From an uncultured virus (IMG/VR IMGVR_UViG_3300024239_000112) (lineage: Duplodnaviria > Heunggongvirae > Uroviricota > Caudoviricetes), in IMG/VR virus record IMGVR_UViG_3300024239_000112: DNA of 64,000 bases. The stretch is one strand, 5' to 3'. Positions 26,949 through 35,531 of this stretch are shown piece by piece (within the stretch, counting starts at the first letter, position 1; every line of letters starts with the position of its first letter). Below the pieces are notes generated by a model, which worked only from the letters and a program-made list of their open reading frames with translations, ran no database searches and was not told where the DNA came from. The position numbers and the translations under genes are program-made.

Positions 26949-27361
26949 ACGTGTACAGCAGCGCAGACAGCGATGGCATGGCCAAGGCTCTCTACAACAT
27001 TTACCTCAGCTACTGCTTCAACATCGAGGCCCGTGTGTTCTCCCTGGCCGCACAGGTGACGGAGAAGGGGTTCGTCTGCTGGGAGTTCTGGGAGGAAGGC
27101 TTCGTCGGCATCTGGGTTCCGGAGACCGACGAGAAAGAGATCGAGGTCGAGTGCCTGGGAATGCAGTGCACCGTGGCGATGAACCGGGCCACCCTGGGCG
27201 CGGCGCTGACCCTCATGGCCATCAACCACGAGATCTGGGCAGTTCACGAAGCCGGTGACGACCCGTCCTACCTGATCAAGCTCCAGGATGACCTGCAGGA
27301 CTACGTCTACGCAGAGGGTTCCGGGTTCGATGCAGGCGCGGTGGCCAGCTTCCTGGATTGA
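26945..27361 (+). CDS. ArdB/KlcA-like antirestriction protein
   Basis: E..VF..A, WEF, P, LG..LTLMA..H, L.DY and a C-terminal ...FLD match the ArdB/KlcA layout; acidic. Confidence 0.6.
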   Translation: MNVYSSADSDGMAKALYNIYLSYCFNIEARVFSLAAQVTEKGFVCWEFWEEGFVGIWVPETDEKEIEVECLGMQCTVAMNRATLGAALTLMAINHEIWAVHEAGDDPSYLIKLQDDLQDYVYAEGSGFDAGAVASFLD

Positions 27362-27409
27362 CCTGTATTTATGGCAATAACTAAGTAAATAAGTACACAG
27401 GAATTAGTT

Positions 27410-27691
27410 ATGCACAAGACTCTCTACGTCGCCCCCGGCCACAGTCAGTGCCGCCTCTACCTGATGCCCTACCCGATGAAGCCGGGGCAGCACCCCGAGG
27501 ACATCCACTACATGCACCGCGAGTGGTGGGAGGAAGTCGGCCTGCTGAACGCCCAGCTGAAGGTGGTCTGGCTGGACGAGCGCCTGCATCTGCTGCACAG
27601 CGAGATCGAGGGCAACATGGGCGGCACTTTCTTCACCCTCACCGAGGACCACCAGTTCTACGACGGCCCTCCGATGCAGGTGACGGCATGA
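27410..27691 (+). CDS. Hypothetical protein
   Basis: Follows an operator and AT-rich gap; AGGA SD. Confidence 0.65.
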   Translation: MHKTLYVAPGHSQCRLYLMPYPMKPGQHPEDIHYMHREWWEEVGLLNAQLKVVWLDERLHLLHSEIEGNMGGTFFTLTEDHQFYDGPPMQVTA

Positions 27692-28179
27692 ACCGCCCAC
27701 GCAAAGCCAGGGCGCACCGTCTGGTAGGCGCCCCGCCCTACGTGGTGTCGATCCACGACTCCGGGCCCAAGTACAACGACCGCTACACCGTGTTCTTCGG
27801 CTGGCCGATCTGGCAGCCGAGTATGGGTCGATCGGTGCCGTTCCTCGGGTTCAACGAGTGCCCGACCAGTCCGAACATGGGCATCAGCCAGTGGGGCGAA
27901 GGCTTCTTCCCGGGCCGAGGCGGCCTCGGAAAGCAGATCTGCTGGAACGACCTCCCTGAGCACCTGCAACAGCACGTCATTGCCCGGGCCAATTACCCGT
28001 ACAAGATCCAGGTCGGCCGGCTGGCCAGGCTGGAAGGCGCCCACAAGACAGGCCGGGATATGTGGGGGTTCGAGCCGCCGGACGGCATCGGCTACTTCGA
28101 CAACGCCTTCCTCACCAAGAAGGAGGCCAGGGCCTACGCCCTGGCCAAAGGCATCATCATCCTGGAGCCCCGCAAATGA
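27688..28179 (+). CDS. Hypothetical protein (DRYTV motif)
   Basis: ATGA coupling. Confidence 0.65.
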   Translation: MNRPRKARAHRLVGAPPYVVSIHDSGPKYNDRYTVFFGWPIWQPSMGRSVPFLGFNECPTSPNMGISQWGEGFFPGRGGLGKQICWNDLPEHLQQHVIARANYPYKIQVGRLARLEGAHKTGRDMWGFEPPDGIGYFDNAFLTKKEARAYALAKGIIILEPRK

Positions 28180-28526
28180 TCCGCTACCTCGTCCACCTTC
28201 CCGATGACAGAAAGGTCCTGGCCTACGCCAACAGCCTGGCAGAGATGCAGTGCATCCACGGAAGCAACGCCTGGTACCAGGAGTTGAACGACCTGGGCGA
28301 CTACGCCCACCTCGACCGCTACTACATGAACGGCTCCAGCGGGCGCAACGCCCTGGCGGCCCGGGCCTGGAAGGCAAAGGACATCGCTCGGCGCCGAGGC
28401 GACCTGGTGATCATGCACCGTGTGCACCTGGATGCCGTGGCCAAGGCGTTGAACAACCTCAACAACAGCGAGCTGGTGAAACGGGCCAAAGCCCTGCTTG
28501 CTCGGCGAGGAGTGACCGGAAAATGA
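28176..28526 (+). CDS. Hypothetical protein
   Basis: GGAG SD; coupled start. Confidence 0.6.
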   Translation: MIRYLVHLPDDRKVLAYANSLAEMQCIHGSNAWYQELNDLGDYAHLDRYYMNGSSGRNALAARAWKAKDIARRRGDLVIMHRVHLDAVAKALNNLNNSELVKRAKALLARRGVTGK

Positions 28527-28720
28527 CCTACCGAGTGACCACGCCGAAGGGAGAGAAGAAGCTCCTGCCTGCCCACCTGATCGAGCGCTTCCTGGTCGAT
28601 GTGAACGGCGGCGGACTCAGCGTCGAGCAGACCATGAACGCTATGGAGGACGGCCACCGCCTCGATAAAGGCGAGACCGTAACCCGCAACGGCTGGACCA
28701 TTTGCAAGAAGGAACCGTAA
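28523..28720 (+). CDS. Hypothetical protein
   Basis: AGGAG SD; coupled start. Confidence 0.6.
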   Translation: MTYRVTTPKGEKKLLPAHLIERFLVDVNGGGLSVEQTMNAMEDGHRLDKGETVTRNGWTICKKEP

Positions 28721-28722
28721 TT

Positions 28723-29178
28723 ATGGGTACCAAGACTTTCGTTTTCGCAAACCGGGCGAAGAACTACGCCGAGGACAGCGCCGTGCTGGTAGGCAGCGAT
28801 TACGTCGGAACTTACAGCGGCAAGACCCTCGGGGAGCTGCAGGTTCGTGACCCCGGTATCGAACTGATCGACGCGGAGGAGTTCGTCGAGCTGGTCGAAC
28901 TGCGTATGACCACCGACCCGGTGGAGGTCGACGAGGAGCGGTACTGGTACCTCCTTGAGGTACTGCCGCCCTGCAGCTGGGTTCGTAATGGCAGCACCGA
29001 GTCGTTCTACATGAGCGAGTTCACCAGCGGCCGGGTCACCTGCCACGTGGTTCGCATCGGTGACCGCTATTTCACCTTCGAGGCCCCTGTAATGGCCTCC
29101 CACTCTGACCGAACCGCCAAGGTATTCGCATGGCTGGACAAGCAAGAGCAGAAGCCGGAATCGACATCCACCGTCTGA
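28723..29178 (+). CDS. DUF1419-like protein
   Basis: E.DEERYWYLLEVLPP...F.MSEF.SG.VT......YF. Confidence 0.6.
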   Translation: MGTKTFVFANRAKNYAEDSAVLVGSDYVGTYSGKTLGELQVRDPGIELIDAEEFVELVELRMTTDPVEVDEERYWYLLEVLPPCSWVRNGSTESFYMSEFTSGRVTCHVVRIGDRYFTFEAPVMASHSDRTAKVFAWLDKQEQKPESTSTV

Positions 29179-29444
29179 CCAGCGCCATCGTCGCTGACTG
29201 CCTCTACCACGAGGTGACACCCGCCCAGCGGCGGGCAGGCAAGACCATCAACTTCATGCACCTGTACCACCCGGAGGGCCGCTTCATGGTCACCGCAGAC
29301 AGCATCGAACGCCGCATGACCCGCGAGGAGATCGTCGAGATCCTCGAGGGCCGCTACAGCATCCAGTGCTACGACCACGAGTCGAAGCGCGAACTGGCCG
29401 AGGCCCTGGCGGAAGCGGCCAACACCGAGGGGGACGCCCTTTGA
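29130..29444 (+). CDS. Hypothetical protein
   Basis: 104 aa, in operon. Confidence 0.55.
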   Translation: MAGQARAEAGIDIHRLTSAIVADCLYHEVTPAQRRAGKTINFMHLYHPEGRFMVTADSIERRMTREEIVEILEGRYSIQCYDHESKRELAEALAEAANTEGDAL

Positions 29445-29658
29445 TCCTCCACGAAGTGATAGCCGGCCAGAACCTCTTGTGGGTGCTGGACGAAGACTCC
29501 GGCGTAGCCACCAGGGCCATCTGCGAGGAAGCGGGCGCCGTGTTCAACGGCCCGCTGCCCCCTCCCTTCCAGAAGGACCAGGCCGTGCTGGCCGACTTCG
29601 TCCTCCCCCGACAATCCGCAAATCTCCGCGCCAGACTGGCGCACGTAGGAGCAACAGC

Positions 29659-30456
29659 ATGAACCTGACGAAGGCCATCCGCACCGAACTAGCCGAAAAG
29701 CTGATGATCAAGGCGATCGAAAAGCATGCGGATCCGATGGGAGCGGAGGCAGAACGCCTCAATAACGCCCTGGAAACGGCGCACCGAGCGCGCCTGGCAG
29801 CTGCCATGCCGGAGGTACCACCAAGCCGGTATGCAGCGCTGATACAGGCGGGGATCCTCGCCTACACCGCTTCGGGCGCCGAGACCATCTACTACCCCGT
29901 CCGGCGTGAAGACGGGTCGCTCACAACCCGCTCGGAATCGCCTGGACAGGCCGTCATAGGCAAGGTCAGCGAGGAAGTAAGGGACCTCCTGCGCGGCACG
30001 GCGCTCAAGGGTAGCAAGTGGGCGAAGTTCTTCCACTACTTCAGTGTCGGCTGCTACTCCCACAGCATGGAAGCGCGACTGGAGATGGAGCCCAGGCTCA
30101 GCTGCTCCCTCCCTGACTTCAAGGGGCGCCACTACGTAAGGCTGGACGCCCAGGAGCCCGAAAACATCGCAGGTTGGTCTGAGGAGTCCTTGGACTACAT
30201 GCAGGCCGTGGAACCGATTTTCGAGCAAGCCAAGAAGCTGGCCAGGGCTGCCGCCGAGGTATTCCGGCAGGGGCTGGAGTACCGAGAAGAGGTCATGGAT
30301 CTCCTGCAGGCATGCAAGACCGATAAGCAGCTGCGGGAGCTGTTCCCGGAGGCCGCCAGCCTGTTGCCGGCGCCAGTGGTCAAGCAGCGAGCTTTGGTTC
30401 CGACCGAGCTGGCTGCCAAGGTTCGCAAGCAGCTGAAAGAAGGGGTGCCGGTATGA
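29659..30456 (+). CDS. Nmad5-like protein
   Basis: N-terminal NLTKAIR; C-terminal T.KQL.E.FPEA..LLP; AGGAG SD. Confidence 0.65.
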   Translation: MNLTKAIRTELAEKLMIKAIEKHADPMGAEAERLNNALETAHRARLAAAMPEVPPSRYAALIQAGILAYTASGAETIYYPVRREDGSLTTRSESPGQAVIGKVSEEVRDLLRGTALKGSKWAKFFHYFSVGCYSHSMEARLEMEPRLSCSLPDFKGRHYVRLDAQEPENIAGWSEESLDYMQAVEPIFEQAKKLARAAAEVFRQGLEYREEVMDLLQACKTDKQLRELFPEAASLLPAPVVKQRALVPTELAAKVRKQLKEGVPV

Positions 30457-30734
30457 AGTGGGTAATCACCAAGGCATTCGCCGCCCCGGATCCGCAGTTC
30501 GGCCCGATGCAGCGTGAACTGTTCGAGGACCCTGCCGTTGGCCAGGGCACCGTCGCGCTGACGGCGGCCGACGACTTGCCATTCCGCTTCCGCCTGATCA
30601 ACGACGACGGGGTGCTGGTCTACGGGGGCCGCGCCGAGACCTACGGTACTGACCCGCTGACCTGGGCGGACGGCCGCGAAGGCGTCACCGAAATCCACTA
30701 CCAGCAGGAGAACGGCGAATGGCAAAGCAGCTGA
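30453..30734 (+). CDS. Hypothetical protein
   Basis: FRL.NDDG.LVY.G pattern; coupled start. Confidence 0.65.
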   Translation: MKWVITKAFAAPDPQFGPMQRELFEDPAVGQGTVALTAADDLPFRFRLINDDGVLVYGGRAETYGTDPLTWADGREGVTEIHYQQENGEWQSS

Positions 30735-30919
30735 CTGAAGAAGCCCGACTGGAGTACATCCAGTCAGGAGGAGCCTGCTGCCCGTTCTGCGGCGGCGAGG
30801 AGCTGGACGGCCATGGCGTCAACATCGACTCCGGCACCGCTAGCCAGGAAGTGATGTGCACCGACTGTGGCCAAGGCTGGTTTGATGTCTACACCCTGAC
30901 CAACGTGGAGGCAGCATGA
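30719..30919 (+). CDS. Small Zn-ribbon protein
   Basis: CPFC...QEVMCTDC...W. Confidence 0.7.
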   Translation: MAKQLTEEARLEYIQSGGACCPFCGGEELDGHGVNIDSGTASQEVMCTDCGQGWFDVYTLTNVEAA

Positions 30920-31293
30920 ACAGGCCAGAGGAACTCACGCCGAACGTCCTGAACCACCTGCTCAAGTTCGCCGAGACCCGTGGTCGGTTCTGGCGCCGAA
31001 AGCTGCGCGACTACTGGCACACCGGGGTGACCTCCGGGTTCCTCGACCAGGACGAGGCCGCAGCGCTGCAGGCCGTGCGTAACAGCTTGGCCAACAAGCT
31101 GAACGCACTCTCCGTCGAGCAGCTGGCGGCCTGGGGGGAAGAAGACCGGTACCGCATTGCCGCCGAGGAGCTCTTCCATAAGGACGGCGAGTGCGAGATC
31201 GACGAGGGTGCCAAGGTATCGCTGGGCGATGACGAAGGCGCCTATGTCCAGGCATGGATATGGGTGCCGGCCAGCTACCTGGTGGCCGCATGA
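30916..31293 (+). CDS. Hypothetical protein
   Basis: GGAGG SD; C-terminal GAYVQAWIWV module. Confidence 0.7.
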   Translation: MNRPEELTPNVLNHLLKFAETRGRFWRRKLRDYWHTGVTSGFLDQDEAAALQAVRNSLANKLNALSVEQLAAWGEEDRYRIAAEELFHKDGECEIDEGAKVSLGDDEGAYVQAWIWVPASYLVAA

Positions 31294-31616
31294 AAATGCC
31301 AGCCCTCACAGAGGTCGGCAGTGCCCGGGGTGCCCCAAAGGGGCGCCCCATCGAGCACTCCGACGACGCCCTCTACCCCGGCAAGTTCAACGTCGCTGCC
31401 CTCCCTATGGAAGCGTGCGGCGCCTACGACAGGGGTGGCGCCTACTGGGGCTGGGGAAGCCCTGAGCACGGTTATATGTACCGGGCCTACTGCCTTGAGT
31501 ACGACGAAATTAACGAGCGGGACTTCTTGGTTGACTGGTACTTCCGGGCGAATGGCCGGGAGCACGCCAAGCAGCTCGTTACCCAACGCTACCCGAACGC
31601 GAGGTTCTACAGGTAG
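31290..31616 (+). CDS. Conserved phage hypothetical protein (GAPKGR / YDRGGAYWG)
   Basis: Recurrent motif; coupled start. Confidence 0.7.
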   Translation: MKMPALTEVGSARGAPKGRPIEHSDDALYPGKFNVAALPMEACGAYDRGGAYWGWGSPEHGYMYRAYCLEYDEINERDFLVDWYFRANGREHAKQLVTQRYPNARFYR

Positions 31617-31646
31617 CCGAACACCCCAAACGGATAGGAGGTAGTC

Positions 31647-32015
31647 GTGATCTATTTGATCGCAGCAGTCGGCCGCCAGGGCCAGATCGGGCTCAACGGC
31701 CGGCTGCCATGGAGAGATTCAGAGGACCTGAAGTGGTTCAAAGACCAGACGATGCGCAAGGTAGTCGTCTGCGGGTTCAACACCGCCCAGCACCTCCCGC
31801 CTCTGCCAGGTCGCACCCTGCACGTACTGCAGCGTGGAGAGACCCCGGAGCACGTCATCAAGCGGTATGCGGGAGTGGACATCTGGGTCATCGGTGGCGC
31901 CAAGACCTACCAGCAGTGGATCCCCTACGTGGACCGCTGCCTGGTCTCCCTCATTGACTACGACGGCCCGGCCGACGCCTGGTTCCCGCCGATCATCCCA
32001 GGTGTGCAGCCATGA
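31647..32015 (+). CDS. folA: Dihydrofolate reductase (short, 122 aa)
   Basis: LIAAV, IG.NG.LPW, EDLKWFK..T, G..T, PLPGR, VIGGA, D.WFP. Confidence 0.9.
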   Translation: MIYLIAAVGRQGQIGLNGRLPWRDSEDLKWFKDQTMRKVVVCGFNTAQHLPPLPGRTLHVLQRGETPEHVIKRYAGVDIWVIGGAKTYQQWIPYVDRCLVSLIDYDGPADAWFPPIIPGVQP

Positions 32016-32269
32016 GGGACCTCAAGTTTCTCCGAACGGAGCCTGGGTTTTGCCGAGTCTATTGCCGCGGCAACGAGAACAGCCTCTACTGCTTCCAGCT
32101 CTCCTGGGGCAGGCACTTCGAGCTGTTCCTGTGCACCTCCGACGGCGAGCCAAGCCACCGCGTTCCGCCGATCCGAACTCTGGACAAGCTGCCGCCGGCA
32201 GAATGCCCGCTCACCACCGCGTTCTCGGCCTGGGTGGCCGACCAGGAGCATATATGCCTGTTGCAGTGA
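32012..32269 (+). CDS. Hypothetical protein
   Basis: ATGA coupling; C..DGEPSH motif. Confidence 0.65.
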   Translation: MRDLKFLRTEPGFCRVYCRGNENSLYCFQLSWGRHFELFLCTSDGEPSHRVPPIRTLDKLPPAECPLTTAFSAWVADQEHICLLQ

Positions 32270-32952
32270 CTCACTGGCTGTACAAGTTCGAGGAGCTCAG
32301 CGACAGGGCCAAGGAGAAAGCCCGCAGCTGGTACCGGGAGGGCCAGCTCGACTATGACTGGTGGGACTTCATCTACGAGGACGCCATGCGCATGGCCGAG
32401 ATCCTCGGTATCGAGGTCGACTTCCGCTACCACGGGCCGCGATCCCCGGGAAAGAAGGGCTACAAGGAGCCGAAGATCTGGTTCAGCGGGTTTTCCCATC
32501 AAGGTTCCGGCGCCTGCTGGGAAGGCAGCTACCGCTACGCCAAGGGCGCGCTGAAGAAGCTGCAGTCCGAGGCGCCGGCCCGCTACCAATACTTCAAGCC
32601 TGACGGAACGATGGAGTGGACGGAGAACAAGGGCAACATCGAGCTGCACCGCATAGCCAAGGCGCTGCAGAAGGTACAGGACCGGCACTTCTACAAGTTG
32701 GTCGCAACCAGCACCCATCGCGGCCACTACAACCACTCCGGATGTATGAGCATCGAGGTTGAACACGACGAGGCCCCGTACCGCGACCTGGGTGACGCCG
32801 AGGACGACATCAAGGACGCCCTGCGGGACTTCGCCGACTGGATCTACCGCCGACTGGAGGAGGAGCACGACTGGCTCACCTCTGACGAGCAGGTGGACGA
32901 GTCGATCATCGCCAACGAATACACCTTCGACGAGGAAGGCAACCGTGAATAA
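32254..32952 (+). CDS. Conserved mobile-element protein (often auto-annotated 'antitoxin of TA stability system'; function unproven)
   Basis: F.ELSD.AKEKAR.WY, FSGF..QG.GAC, SDE.VDE.I.ANEY.F. Confidence 0.65.
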   Translation: MPVAVTHWLYKFEELSDRAKEKARSWYREGQLDYDWWDFIYEDAMRMAEILGIEVDFRYHGPRSPGKKGYKEPKIWFSGFSHQGSGACWEGSYRYAKGALKKLQSEAPARYQYFKPDGTMEWTENKGNIELHRIAKALQKVQDRHFYKLVATSTHRGHYNHSGCMSIEVEHDEAPYRDLGDAEDDIKDALRDFADWIYRRLEEEHDWLTSDEQVDESIIANEYTFDEEGNRE

Positions 32953-33274
32953 GGCCCAGGAGAAGGCGCGAGAGGAGAACATCAGGGAGCTGCAGCCGGC
33001 CTACCCCGGACTAAAGGACGCCGCCAAGCTGCAAGACAGGCTGTACAGCCTGGCCCTGCAAGCCGGACGAAACGCTGCGATGTTGTGCTCTGACAGCGCT
33101 ACCTGGGTAGACCAGCGCCCTCAGTTGCGCGCCAAGGTTGCGGCGCTCGCCGCTCGGCATGGGATCAGCCTGGACTTTGAGCTGAGTGGGGACCCTCGCG
33201 GGTTCGCCCTGAAACTGCGACTGCCGACCGGCAGGAGCAACTCCTTTGCCGGCGAAGTATGGGGCATCGCTTGA
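32945..33274 (+). CDS. Hypothetical protein (GDPRG motif)
   Basis: GTG start after GAGGA. Confidence 0.6.
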   Translation: MNKAQEKAREENIRELQPAYPGLKDAAKLQDRLYSLALQAGRNAAMLCSDSATWVDQRPQLRAKVAALAARHGISLDFELSGDPRGFALKLRLPTGRSNSFAGEVWGIA

Positions 33275-33302
33275 GATCGTACATAAACCCATATTTATGG
33301 TC

Positions 33303-33332
33303 TTGTCATACCTGTATTGCCGGTGGCACTAT
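33303..33332 (+). promoter_or_regulatory. Promoter for the xis operon, overlapped by an operator pair
   Basis: TTGTCA-18-CACTAT with TGn extension; operators at 33288 and 33311. Confidence 0.5.
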
Positions 33333-33358
33333 AGGGACAGCTTAGGACAAGGCAAGCC

Positions 33359-33616
33359 ATGAACCTCAGAGACGCAGTCCTTTACCTGGAGCTGGCCGCC
33401 TACATCCACCGCAACAACGCGGCGGTGAAGAAGGTGGCCAAGCGCCTGGTTAAGAGAGCCCACCCAAACAACAGACCGGCACTGGCACTGATATGCGAGA
33501 GCAAGAACCCACTGGCCGTCATCAAGCAGATGGCCGAGGAACTGTCGAAGCAGCGCTCGACGCAGTCGCCATGGCCCTACGAGGGATTCCCCCGACCACC
33601 GTTGAGGAGTCCGTAG
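33359..33616 (+). CDS. Hypothetical basic protein
   Basis: 85 aa, first ORF after the promoter. Confidence 0.6.
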   Translation: MNLRDAVLYLELAAYIHRNNAAVKKVAKRLVKRAHPNNRPALALICESKNPLAVIKQMAEELSKQRSTQSPWPYEGFPRPPLRSP

Positions 33617-33768
33617 CAGAGAGCCTGAAGTGCGAACTGCGTTACTCGTTGGTCGGCTGGCAAGGTGGCACCCACCCACTGGCCGAAAAGATAGCTCACG
33701 ACCTTCACCGACTACAGCAAGACCTAGCAGCAGGAGAAAGCCATGCAACCGACAATGCAGCCACCTAA
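33571..33768 (+). CDS. Hypothetical protein
   Basis: Fills the gap to xis; 65 aa. Confidence 0.4.
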   Translation: MALRGIPPTTVEESVAESLKCELRYSLVGWQGGTHPLAEKIAHDLHRLQQDLAAGESHATDNAAT

Positions 33769-33958
33769 GTACGTGTCCACTTCCCAGCTGTGCGACCGGT
33801 ATCACCGGTCGAGTCGCACGCTGGCCCGTTGGCCTGAGACCAAGGGCTTCCCACGCCCTGTGATGCAGAGCGTGGGGGCCGAGAACCTCTGGCTACTCTC
33901 CGACGTGGAGAAGTGGGAAGCCGAGAACATGAAGTCCACGTTTGCCCTGGCAAGCTAG
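33743..33958 (+). CDS. xis: Excisionase / AlpA-like recombination directionality factor
   Basis: Winged HTH pattern: LC.RY..S..TL.RW...GFPRP...W..SDV..WE; adjacent to int. Confidence 0.75.
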   Translation: MQPTMQPPKYVSTSQLCDRYHRSSRTLARWPETKGFPRPVMQSVGAENLWLLSDVEKWEAENMKSTFALAS

Positions 33959-35178
33959 CCCCGTGGTGGGGTCGCAACAATCTCCTGGATGCGGTCCCAC
34001 CACTTCTTGTAGGCGGCAGCCTGCTCCTCAAGATAGAGGTGGCGGTCGTACACACCTTGCATACCCTTCAGGCTGTGTCCGAGCATCACTTCAGCAACAT
34101 GCACATCGGTGAGCGACGAGAAGTTCGTCCTCGCCGTCTTCCGCAGGTCGTGCAGTGACCAGTGCGCCATCTCCGTGCCGAACCGGCGCTTCGCAGCCTT
34201 CCTCACTGCGTAGGGGTAACTGAGCACCGAGGACGAGTCCAGTACCTTGAGCGACGAGTCCTGGGTGAACAGGTGCTGCGGAGACCTCGAGTAGCTCAGC
34301 GCGTCCTTTAATAGGGGCACAACTTCTGGGATCAGCGGCCGGGTGATAGCCCGCCTGATCTTCTTCCTGATCTTGTTCTTCTCCGGCGGCACGACCCAGG
34401 TCATGGCGTCGAAGTCCAGCTCGGTGCGGGGGTCGATGTTCCGCAGCTCCCCGTTGCGGCAGCCAAAGAACAGGCACAGCTTCAGGTAGAGCTTGCTCTT
34501 CGGAGTCATCCGAGACTGATCGACTGAGTGCCAGAACAGGCATATCTCCTCGTCGCTGAGCGCCCTGCCCGCTTCGTTGCGCTCGATGTTGAGATCCTCG
34601 GCCACGGAAACGTCCACCAGCGGCTTAGTCTTCATCGACTGCCGGCGGTAGGCCCACTTGTGCATCTGCTTGGTGGTCCGGAGGATCCGCTCAGCGATGC
34701 TCGGCGCATCGTCAGCCACCTTCTCTACCAGGCTGAGCCACTGGTTGGCTGTGGTCTGGTCAGCAGGCAGATCGCCAAGCACAGGGAAGACGTGTATCTC
34801 GAACGACCGCAGGTACTCCCCCGCCTGCTGCTTGTTCGCCAGGCAGTATTTCTCGTGGAAATCCCGGTACAGCTGCTCATTGGTCAGCTGGCCAGAGAGT
34901 TCTGCCCGCTCGACCTTCCTGACTGTACGGGGGTCATGCCCCTTCTCCAGCTCAGCCTTCAGCCGAAGGTGTTCGCTGCGGGCCTCTCGCAGGGACAGCA
35001 GGGGGTATGTACCCAGGTCGAGTCGGGCAGGCTTGCCTCCGATCCGGTACCGCATCTGGAAGACGATCTTCCCCTGCGGTGATACCCGGGCGCTGAGCCC
35101 GTCCCCGTCCGCCTTTTCGATAGCCTTCTCTTGAGGCTTTTTATGGTTGGCTTTTAGCCAAGAATCTGTTAGGGCCAT
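33955..35178 (-). CDS. int: Tyrosine integrase, P4-like, with N-terminal arm-binding domain
   Basis: MALTDSWLK, DGDGL..RV, LG.YP.LSL.EAR; catalytic R(GCRNGE), K, HDLR, LGH, Y; start corrected to 35178. Confidence 0.95.
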   Translation of the reverse strand: MALTDSWLKANHKKPQEKAIEKADGDGLSARVSPQGKIVFQMRYRIGGKPARLDLGTYPLLSLREARSEHLRLKAELEKGHDPRTVRKVERAELSGQLTNEQLYRDFHEKYCLANKQQAGEYLRSFEIHVFPVLGDLPADQTTANQWLSLVEKVADDAPSIAERILRTTKQMHKWAYRRQSMKTKPLVDVSVAEDLNIERNEAGRALSDEEICLFWHSVDQSRMTPKSKLYLKLCLFFGCRNGELRNIDPRTELDFDAMTWVVPPEKNKIRKKIRRAITRPLIPEVVPLLKDALSYSRSPQHLFTQDSSLKVLDSSSVLSYPYAVRKAAKRRFGTEMAHWSLHDLRKTARTNFSSLTDVHVAEVMLGHSLKGMQGVYDRHLYLEEQAAAYKKWWDRIQEIVATPPRG

Positions 35179-35190
35179 GTGATTTCCAGC

Positions 35191-35487
35191 GTGTACAAAC
35201 CTAGACAGCAGCGAGCGTAGCATTTTCGGTGTTTGTACGCAGCTTTGTACACGCTTGAGCTGGCTGATATTGGTCGCTGGTGGCGGAAGGTGTCTTAGGT
35301 TTTAACAGTGAAACCAGCTATTTATCTACGTTGGAGCGGGGATATTGGCGGGGGATGTCGGGGGGTGTCAGGGGGTCAGAGGTTTATGTGGGCGATGATG
35401 CTGAAGTTGCGTATGTGGCTGAGATCACTGGACTTTTTGGCTTCTGACATCACGCTAAACCTGAAATTTGTACACCGATTTGTACAC
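35191..35487. mobile_element. attP: five arm-type sites (TTTGTACRC) flanking a lepA-homologous core
   Basis: Repeats at 35191-35199 (inverted), 35232, 35244, 35467 and 35479 (12-bp period); GGGGG(N)TGTC repeats at 35350-35380; core approximately 35386-35400. Confidence 0.85.
35376..35450 (-). other. lepA: Replacement 5' end of host lepA (MSEAKKSSDLSHIRNFSIIAHI-NL*)
   Basis: Translation matches the Pseudomonas LepA N-terminus (M)SDLSHIRNFSIIAHI, then diverges where DHGKS would follow. Confidence 0.85.
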
Positions 35488-35531
35488 AGAGCCGAAAGTG
35501 CCCTATTTCCTCCCTCGGCGAAGATGCGCGC

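Noticed and set aside
32254..32952. Toxin-antitoxin module
   Set aside because: The 'antitoxin' label for this family is an unverified auto-annotation, and no adjacent recognisable toxin is present
35376..35450. Prophage boundary or adjacent host chromosome at the lepA fragment
   Set aside because: LepA similarity stops after 15 codons, arm sites lie on both sides and phage genes continue on both flanks, so this is attP rather than attL or attR
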